Part shown: positions 34,761 through 40,584 of the stretch, one piece after another
How positions within the stretch are numbered: position 1 is the first letter of the stretch
Layout of the letters: every line of letters starts with the position of its first letter
Program-made: the position numbers and the translations under genes
The notes under the pieces: model-generated
Seen by the model: only the letters and a program-made list of their open reading frames with translations
The model's database searches: none
Told to the model about the DNA's origin: nothing
From: Chloroflexi bacterium RBG_19FT_COMBO_62_14
GTDB lineage: Bacteria > Chloroflexota > Anaerolineae > Anaerolineales > E44-bin32
Direction: 5' to 3'
DNA: 40,584 bases
Assembly (NCBI GenBank): GCA_001797105.1
Contig: MGOM01000112.1
Coordinates: 12,532-53,115 of the forward strand

Positions 34761-34862
34761 AGGGTTGGCAGGACTCGACGGGAGACGCTGCGGAGAGATT
34801 TTCGCGCCAATCTCAAACGTCCAGTTCCACGACTTCGAAACGCTCAGGGGGAAGACGATCGG

Positions 34863-34891
34863 TAGACAAGGTCGCGCATATCGCATACACT
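34863..34891 (+). promoter_or_regulatory. Promoter for the histidine kinase gene, implying a leaderless mRNA
   Basis: TAGACA (34863-34868), N17, TACACT (34886-34891). The ATG at 34899 is 7 nt after the -10 and has no SD. Confidence 0.5.
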
Positions 34892-34898
34892 AGCAACA

Positions 34899-36158
34899 AT
34901 GTCCGTGGCCAACGGAGACATGGAATTGGACAACCCCCGGTTGCGGGAGATGATCGCCAGGTTGTCGCGCCTGGTGGAAATCAGCGTCACCCTCAACTCC
35001 AGCCTCGAGCTCAAACGCGTCCTGCAATTCATCATTGACTCGGCCGCCGATCTTCTGGAGAGCGAGGGGGCCTCGATCCTTTTGGTCGATGAGCGGACGC
35101 AAGAGCTGTACTTCGCCGCCTCGACCGGCTCCGATCCCGAGGAGCTCGCCCGCATCCCGGTGCCGCTCGAGGGCTCTATTGCCGGTACGATCTACCGTGA
35201 GGATCGCCCATTGATTATCAATAACACGGCGGCCGATCCGCGTCACTTTCGGGAAGTCGGAGAGCGGATCAAGTTCGAAACGCGTAGCCTGATCGGGGTA
35301 CCGATGCGCATACGCGACAAGGTGACCGGGGTCTTGGAAGCTGTCAACAAGAAGCGCGGGGAATTCGACCAGGCGGACGTCAAGACGATGTCGATCATTG
35401 CCTCCCAAGCAGCCGTGGCGGTAAACAATGCCCGGCTCGTGGAAGCCCTGCGGAAGGCTTACAGCGAATTGGGCAAGCTCGACCGCATGAAGAGCGATTT
35501 CATCGCGATCGCCTCCCATGAATTGCGCACACCGCTCGGTCTGATCCTGGGATATGCGGCGATCCTGCAGGAAGAGGCGGATGCCGCCGCTTCGGAACAC
35601 GCGGCCGCGGTCTTGAACTCTGCGTTGAGGATGCGGGCTCTGATCGAATCCATGACCAACATGAATCTGATGAAAGTCGGTTCAGGGGAATTGGTCTTCC
35701 AGATCCATCCACTGAGCGACATTGCCAAGGCCGCCTACGACGAAGTTGCCGGCCTGATCCGTGCAAAGGGGCAACGGTTTGAGCTAGACCTTCCACATGA
35801 ATCGATCTCGGCGAGCGTCGATGCTCATAAGCTGACGATGGCCCTGACCAACCTCCTGAACAATGCCATGCGCTTCACGCCGGAGGAGGGTCACATCGGG
35901 CTGGCACTCTCGCGGCGTGGGTCGGAAGGTTGGTTCAGGGTTGGAGACGATGGGGTCGGCATCCCCGCCGACGAGATCGAGCGTATTTTCGATGAGTTCT
36001 ACCAGGTCGAGAACCACTTGACCCGGCGGCATCAGGGTCTCGGCTTGGGTCTATCGATCGTGAAGGCGATTGCCGAGGCGCATGGGGGGCGTGTCTGGGC
36101 CGAAAGCGCCGGCCGGGATCAAGGCTCGGTCTTCACCATCGCTCTTCCGCTGCAATAG
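34899..36158 (+). CDS. GAF-domain sensor histidine kinase
   Basis: 419 aa. N-terminal GAF-like region, H-box IASHELRTPL, N-box LLNNAMRFT, G1 DDGVGIP and G2 GLGLGLSIV. No adjacent response regulator. Confidence 0.9.
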   Translation: MSVANGDMELDNPRLREMIARLSRLVEISVTLNSSLELKRVLQFIIDSAADLLESEGASILLVDERTQELYFAASTGSDPEELARIPVPLEGSIAGTIYREDRPLIINNTAADPRHFREVGERIKFETRSLIGVPMRIRDKVTGVLEAVNKKRGEFDQADVKTMSIIASQAAVAVNNARLVEALRKAYSELGKLDRMKSDFIAIASHELRTPLGLILGYAAILQEEADAAASEHAAAVLNSALRMRALIESMTNMNLMKVGSGELVFQIHPLSDIAKAAYDEVAGLIRAKGQRFELDLPHESISASVDAHKLTMALTNLLNNAMRFTPEEGHIGLALSRRGSEGWFRVGDDGVGIPADEIERIFDEFYQVENHLTRRHQGLGLGLSIVKAIAEAHGGRVWAESAGRDQGSVFTIALPLQ

Positions 36159-36343
36159 ACGGCGCAGCAGGCTGTGTCTGACAGACTCCACGTTCGATCC
36201 TTCGCAATCTACGCGACGACGTCTTCTGGGATGTAGCGCAGGCCGCCCGGCCGGAGCTGCTGACCGCCTCCAATCCGTGCAGCATTCGCTCCGCACCCGG
36301 CCCGGACTACCTTGCGTGGCGCCCCCAGAAGGCCCGCCGACGA

Positions 36344-36613
36344 TCAGGCTGAAGAAGGTGGCCGGTAGAGACCATCCCCCTGACGGACACGCTGGGTTAC
36401 CTTCAGCGCGACCTCTGTCCCCGGCGCGGCCTCCTGGACAGACGCATGCTCGATTTGCATCGAGGTGATGTCCTGCTGGAAATCCGTGTGCTCGCCGTGA
36501 AAGCGGACGCGATCCCCCAACGCCAGCCTGCCGGTAAGCCTGACCACGGCGACCAGGATCTTGTTATAGAAATGGGTTACGACTCCGATCCGCTCGTCCT
36601 TTTCCATGGCCAC
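36344..36613 (-). CDS. Small translation elongation factor-like beta-barrel protein (EF-Tu domain 2-like)
   Basis: 89 aa. GVVTHFYNKILVAVVRLTGRLALGDRVRFHG...MQIEHASVQEAAPGTEVALKV. SD GGAGAA. Confidence 0.7.
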   Translation of the reverse strand: MAMEKDERIGVVTHFYNKILVAVVRLTGRLALGDRVRFHGEHTDFQQDITSMQIEHASVQEAAPGTEVALKVTQRVRQGDGLYRPPSSA

Positions 36614-36728
36614 TTTCTCCTCTCGCCCCTGTCTCGCAGTCGGCCCGCCATGAGGGAGAGAAGCCTCCCTTCACTTCATTCTACGGCAAGTTCCTGGCTC
36701 GGTCCGGGTTGAGATGGACGATCACGGA

Positions 36729-38033
36729 TCATGATCGGCGGTCAAGATCCACGGTCGGGGGGAAGCGCAGGATGATCACGGTCCCGACGAGAAAGGCCAG
36801 AGCGGTCAAGGCATAAAGGGTCAGGTAGCCGGTCGCGGGTCCAGCGCCAAGGCGGTTGATCGGGTCGATCAGCAAACCGCCCGCCAGTCGGGCCGCGGCA
36901 CTTCCACCGGCCGAGGCGATGTTCGCCAACCCAAGGTAGCGGGCGGCTTCGGCTTGCGGGACGATGTCTGTGATCAAAGCCCAATTGGCACTGAGAAAAA
37001 CCCCAGCCGCAAGACCTATGGCGGCGCCGGCGACGATAATTGCGCTTGGTGTGCGCAGGATCAAGATGAGGGCCGTACCGGCGAAGGCAACCAGGCCGGA
37101 GGCGGCAACAAGTGGACGGCGGCCAAGCCTGTCGGCCAGCCAACCCGAGGGGATCGTCACCAGTAAGAGCCCCAGGCCGATCACGGTTGACAGCTGACCT
37201 ACGAAGCGCTGAGCTTCAGCCTCCCCCATCTCCATCACGTCGATCATGAAGAACAGGAGGAACGTGTTCAGCGCGATGAAACCCGCCCAGAAGAGAAAGC
37301 GGTTGATAAACCAGGCGATGAACCCTGGGTTGGACCGCCACTGGATTGAGAACGCCCCCCTCAGTCCTCCGGCAACGCCCCCAGGCGTGGCCGCCGGAGC
37401 AACCAGCCTGTCCTCCCTGGCCGCCAGGATTGTCAGGACCAGAGCCAGCACGTACACCGCCGCGGCCGCGGAGACGGCCCCCGAGATGTTGCCGGCGGCA
37501 ACCAGACTACCGGACACCCGGCGGCCGAGGACAAACCCCAGAATGTCGAAGGCAGCCTTCATCCCCGAGGCGAGACCCCGCCGTCTAGGCGGAACGAGGT
37601 CCGGGATCAATGCCTGCCATGGTCCCTGGATCGTGTTCGAGGCAATCTGGAAGGACAGCAGGCCAAGCACAACCAGTGCAAAGCTAGGGACCAGCGCAAT
37701 CGTGTAGAGACAGGCGATCACCACAGGCGTGCCGATCAAAAGGAAAGGGATCCGTCTCCCCCAGCCTGACCTGGTTCGATCCGACACGGAACCGATGATC
37801 GGCTGCCACAGGCTGGCGGCGATCAAGCCGGCGAAAGTCATCAAACCGAGGGCGGTGTTTTTCTGTGCGGGTACCAGTTCGAGGAGCCTGTGACCCAGAA
37901 CCGCAGGCTCGAGGGTATTGATGGCCATCCCTAACGCCAGCGAGAAGCAGGTTACCGCGATCAGACGGATCCATCCGGTTCCGATCCGGGTCTCACCTGG
38001 CCTGGCTTGCTGAGCCGCGCTTACTCCAGGCAT
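36729..38033 (-). CDS. MFS transporter
   Basis: About 12 TM. The ATG at 38033 gives 434 aa. DRTRSGWGRRIPF is an MFS loop 2-3-like motif. The start lies 16 nt after the nth stop. The track ORF start (38297) overlaps nth. Confidence 0.85.
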   Translation of the reverse strand: MPGVSAAQQARPGETRIGTGWIRLIAVTCFSLALGMAINTLEPAVLGHRLLELVPAQKNTALGLMTFAGLIAASLWQPIIGSVSDRTRSGWGRRIPFLLIGTPVVIACLYTIALVPSFALVVLGLLSFQIASNTIQGPWQALIPDLVPPRRRGLASGMKAAFDILGFVLGRRVSGSLVAAGNISGAVSAAAAVYVLALVLTILAAREDRLVAPAATPGGVAGGLRGAFSIQWRSNPGFIAWFINRFLFWAGFIALNTFLLFFMIDVMEMGEAEAQRFVGQLSTVIGLGLLLVTIPSGWLADRLGRRPLVAASGLVAFAGTALILILRTPSAIIVAGAAIGLAAGVFLSANWALITDIVPQAEAARYLGLANIASAGGSAAARLAGGLLIDPINRLGAGPATGYLTLYALTALAFLVGTVIILRFPPTVDLDRRS

Positions 38034-38049
38034 TTGCCGCCCGTGGGGC

Positions 38050-38745
38050 TCACTTCGGGGATCGTCGAGTGGGCTGCCGGCCTGCGCGCTCGCGTCGGTA
38101 GTTGCACAAGTCACCCAGAATGCACTCGTCGCAACGCGGCCGCCTAGCAAGGCAAACCTGACGCCCATGCCGGATAAGGTTGAGGTGGGCGTCAACGAAC
38201 GTCTCGGGAGGAAAGAGGCCCTGCAGGAGGATGTGAGCCGCTGCTTCGCCAATATTCTCGGGCCGCAAACCCAGACGCCCGGTGACCCGGAAGACATGGG
38301 TATCGACGGGGAAGGCGGGCTTGCCGAGTGAAAAGAGCATGACGATGGCGGCCGTCTTCGGCCCTACCCCCTTAAACTGGAGCAACCTCTTCCGGGCATC
38401 TTCGGGCGCAAGTTCGCGCAAGAACTCGAGATCGATCGCGCCGCGTTCCGCGGTGATTTGGCGTAAGACGGCCTGGATGCGTGGACCCTTCTGGTTGGCC
38501 AATCCGGCCGATCGGATCGCCTCGATGATCTCGACCTCCCTGGCATCGCGCACCTTCTCCCAGGTCGGGAACTGCTGCCGGAGTGCCTCGAAGGCTCGGT
38601 CCCGATTTATGTCATTGGTGTTCTGGGACAAGATAGTTGAGACGAGTTCGTCGACCGGCGGCAGCGGGCTGCGCCAGACCGCGTGGCCGTAGGCCGAAAG
38701 CAGGCGGCGGTTCACAGCATTGGCTGAAGTGCGGGACGGCCGCAT
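38050..38745 (-). CDS. nth: Endonuclease III / HhH-GPD base-excision repair glycosylase
   Basis: ELVSTILSQNTNDINRDRAF, an HhH element (LLQFKGVGPKTAAIV) and the C-terminal 4Fe-4S cluster CLARRPRCDECILGDLC. The ATG at 38745 gives 231 aa. Confidence 0.9.
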   Translation of the reverse strand: MRPSRTSANAVNRRLLSAYGHAVWRSPLPPVDELVSTILSQNTNDINRDRAFEALRQQFPTWEKVRDAREVEIIEAIRSAGLANQKGPRIQAVLRQITAERGAIDLEFLRELAPEDARKRLLQFKGVGPKTAAIVMLFSLGKPAFPVDTHVFRVTGRLGLRPENIGEAAAHILLQGLFPPETFVDAHLNLIRHGRQVCLARRPRCDECILGDLCNYRRERAGRQPTRRSPK

Positions 38746-38751
38746 GCGGCG

Positions 38752-38757
38752 ATTATA
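38752..38757 (-). promoter_or_regulatory. -10 element (TATAAT) 6 nt upstream of the nth ATG (leaderless candidate)
   Basis: Minus strand reads TATAAT-cgccgc-ATG. No SD and no convincing -35. Confidence 0.4.
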
Positions 38758-38816
38758 CTTGCCGGGATCAGCCAAGCCGGCCGGAAAGCTCTTGATCCGG
38801 CTCCCGCCCGCGGAAG

Positions 38817-38844
38817 TTGACCTCCGGGAGAACCCTGATATACT
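38817..38844 (+). promoter_or_regulatory. Strong orphan sigma70 promoter with extended -10, followed by about 480 nt with no credible ORF
   Basis: TTGACC (38817-38822), N16 ending in TGa, then TATACT (38839-38844). The next supported + strand start is 39334. Confidence 0.5.
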
Positions 38845-39333
38845 CTCTTTTAGGTCCCTCACCTCTATTTGCAGATCCCTCCCGCGCTTGCCTCATCGGA
38901 TGTCCTTTCCAGGTAATGGCAGCGCGCTTTAACCTGTCGGGACGAGCCCTCAGCGGGCCCAGTCGCGCCATGCTGTAGTTTTCAGCACAGCCCTCTCGCA
39001 GCTGGGGCAGCCCTTGTGCTGGTGCGGTCAGCGCTGCCGGCCAGCCCCCATGGTGACCTTCTTGAACGATCGCCACAGCCGCATCGGCAGGCGCATGGAA
39101 ACTTCGGGGCCATCCGCAGGCGAAGACCTCGGGATGTGGCCGGGCTTCGTAAACCCCGCTTGGCCCTCGGCCTTCCTGAGCTCTCCCCCAGCCTCCTCGC
39201 CGTCTGTCCCCCGCTCGTATCCTGCCCGAACGACCAACCCTCAACAGCCAAGCCGCCGACACCGATGGTTGCAGTTTCGAAATGCGACCGGGTCGGTGGT
39301 TCAGGGCATGTTCGTAATCGGAGGCGTCGATTG

Positions 39334-40272
39334 ATGCGCCTGTTCTTCGCAACCGATGTTCATGGCTCAGAAGTCTGCTGGAAGAAGTTCATCAGCGCCG
39401 CCGGCTTCTACGGCGCCGATACGCTGATCCTGGGCGGCGACATGACCGGGAAGGCAATCATCCCGATCATCGCCCAGTCAAATGGCAGGCACAAAGTCAC
39501 CCTGCTCGAGCAGGAGACAATCCTCGAGACCCAAGATGACGTGGAGCGGATGGTTCAGACGATTCGGAATCGGGGCTACTACCCGTATGTCACCGACCCT
39601 GACGAGACAGCCGAAATCGCCGGTTCGCCAGCCAGGTCAGATGCATTGTTTATCCAGGAAGCGATCGCCACCGTTCAGAATTGGATGGAGTATGCCGATT
39701 CCAAGCTCGAAGGGACCGGCATCCGCTGCTACGTCTGCCCGGGTAACGACGACATGTTCGAGATCGATCCGGTCATTGCTGCCTCGAAGAGCGTCCGATC
39801 GATCGAGGGGGAGGTGATCCAGCTCGATGACCACCACGAGATGGCCAGCTCGGGTTGGTCGAATCCGACTCCGTGGGACACCCATCGGGAAGAGCCCGAG
39901 GAGGCGCTGGAGAGACGCCTGGAGTCGGTCATCAGCCATGTCCAAGATAAGTCCAACGCCGTCTTCAATTTCCACCCGCCGCCCTATGGGAGCGGGCTGG
40001 ACGAGGCGCCGGAGCTAACCAAGGACCTGCGGCTGGCCTACGCCGGCCGATCGATGGTCTCAGTCGGAAGCAAGGCCGTCCTCAAAGCCGTTGAAACCTA
40101 CAAACCGCTCCTGACCTTGCACGGTCACATCCATGAAGGCAAGGGTTCTCGCAAGTACGGCCGGACGTTGTGCCTGAACCCGGGAAGCATGTACGAACAA
40201 GGTGTCCTGCACGGAGCGTTAGTGGAGTTGAAGGAGAAAAAGGTCGGGACCTACGTTCTGACCACAGGCTGA
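39334..40272 (+). CDS. Metallophosphoesterase (calcineurin-like)
   Basis: MRLFFATDVHGS, GGDMTGK, CPGNDD and LHGHIHEG motifs. The ATG at 39334 has GGAGG upstream and gives 312 aa. The track ORF start (39016) adds low-complexity non-protein-like sequence. Confidence 0.85.
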   Translation: MRLFFATDVHGSEVCWKKFISAAGFYGADTLILGGDMTGKAIIPIIAQSNGRHKVTLLEQETILETQDDVERMVQTIRNRGYYPYVTDPDETAEIAGSPARSDALFIQEAIATVQNWMEYADSKLEGTGIRCYVCPGNDDMFEIDPVIAASKSVRSIEGEVIQLDDHHEMASSGWSNPTPWDTHREEPEEALERRLESVISHVQDKSNAVFNFHPPPYGSGLDEAPELTKDLRLAYAGRSMVSVGSKAVLKAVETYKPLLTLHGHIHEGKGSRKYGRTLCLNPGSMYEQGVLHGALVELKEKKVGTYVLTTG

Positions 40273-40428
40273 TCGCGCCGGCGCCGGCGAACCGGGTCTT
40301 GGCGAGGAGGAGGCTATTGATACGGAACCCTCGATTGGCGTGTCGCTAGAGTCACGCTGCCGGCAAGCGGGTTTCGGCAGTGGATCTCGGCGGATCCCGA
40401 ATGTCAACTCCAGTAAAGGAGCATCTCA

Positions 40429-40584
40429 ATGAGCGAAGCCACGCTCTTTGTTCGCAAGGCGAGTGGTCTGGTTCGATCGTGGTCGGGTTTCGATGCTTTC
40501 ATCTACGCCACGTTCTCGATCAACCTGATCACCCTCGGCCTGTTCATCTTTTCGTATTGTTGGTACTTCTCGGGCAACCTGGCC
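40429..40584 (+). CDS. Partial N-terminus of an APC-family amino acid/polyamine permease (runs off the window)
   Basis: SD AAAGGAG lies 6 nt before the ATG. MSEATLFVRKASGLVRSWSGFDAFIYATFSINLITLGLFIF resembles APC permease N-termini. Confidence 0.55.
   Translation, partial: MSEATLFVRKASGLVRSWSGFDAFIYATFSINLITLGLFIFSYCWYFSGNLA

Noticed and set aside
38916-38978. 20-codon small ORF (MAARFNLSGRALSGPSRAML) in the orphan-promoter transcript.
   Set aside because: It has only a weak AGG upstream, and neither composition nor conservation evidence is available. It cannot be supported from sequence alone.
1-40584. Searched for CRISPR repeats, IS/transposase/integrase genes, prophage genes, toxin-antitoxin pairs, reverse transcriptases (retron/DGR), rRNA and tRNA.
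   Set aside because: None was seen. There are no spaced direct repeats of 25-40 bp, no recombinase or RT motifs in any ORF, and no cloverleaf or rRNA-like sequence. The window looks like core chromosome rather than an accessory island.

Overview
Visibly GC-rich bacterial chromosomal segment with about 45 tightly packed protein-coding genes, mostly housekeeping. The gene content, canonical and extended -10 promoters, and several apparently leaderless genes suggest a high-GC Terrabacteria or Chloroflexota-like lineage, but that taxonomy is inference only. Confident calls include lipA, a cold-shock protein, an F420/LLM oxidoreductase, an M19 dipeptidase, a YumC-type ferredoxin-NADP reductase, a rhomboid protease, gmk, tmk, a Ycf45/SpoIIIAA-like R3H ATPase, pdxS and pdxT split by a NimA/PNPOx-like gene, pcm, dnaN, a GAF histidine kinase, nth, an MFS transporter and a metallophosphoesterase. 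I found no rRNA, tRNA, CRISPR array, transposase, integrase or recognisable defence-system hallmark. The items most worth a second look are listed here. (1) A same-strand cluster at 16.1-22.3 kb encodes a YtrA-like GntR, an SPFH protein, DUF4177, a YhfC protease, an ABC-2 exporter, an Ig-like/zinc-ribbon membrane protein and a zinc-ribbon methyltransferase. It is preceded by five phased 8-bp tandem repeats fused to a consensus promoter and contains a perfect 16-bp palindrome. (2) A ParB/Srx-like domain is fused to tandem USP domains, next to an ArsR-controlled phosphoribosyltransferase. (3) Two large gene-free regions may encode RNAs: 468 bp downstream of dnaN with long nested, mutually exclusive stems, and 588 bp with a strong orphan promoter. 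(4) Two genes, a small 4-TM protein and a DUF4139 protein, are each broken by a single-base frameshift. Function calls rest on motifs read by eye, since no database searches were possible.
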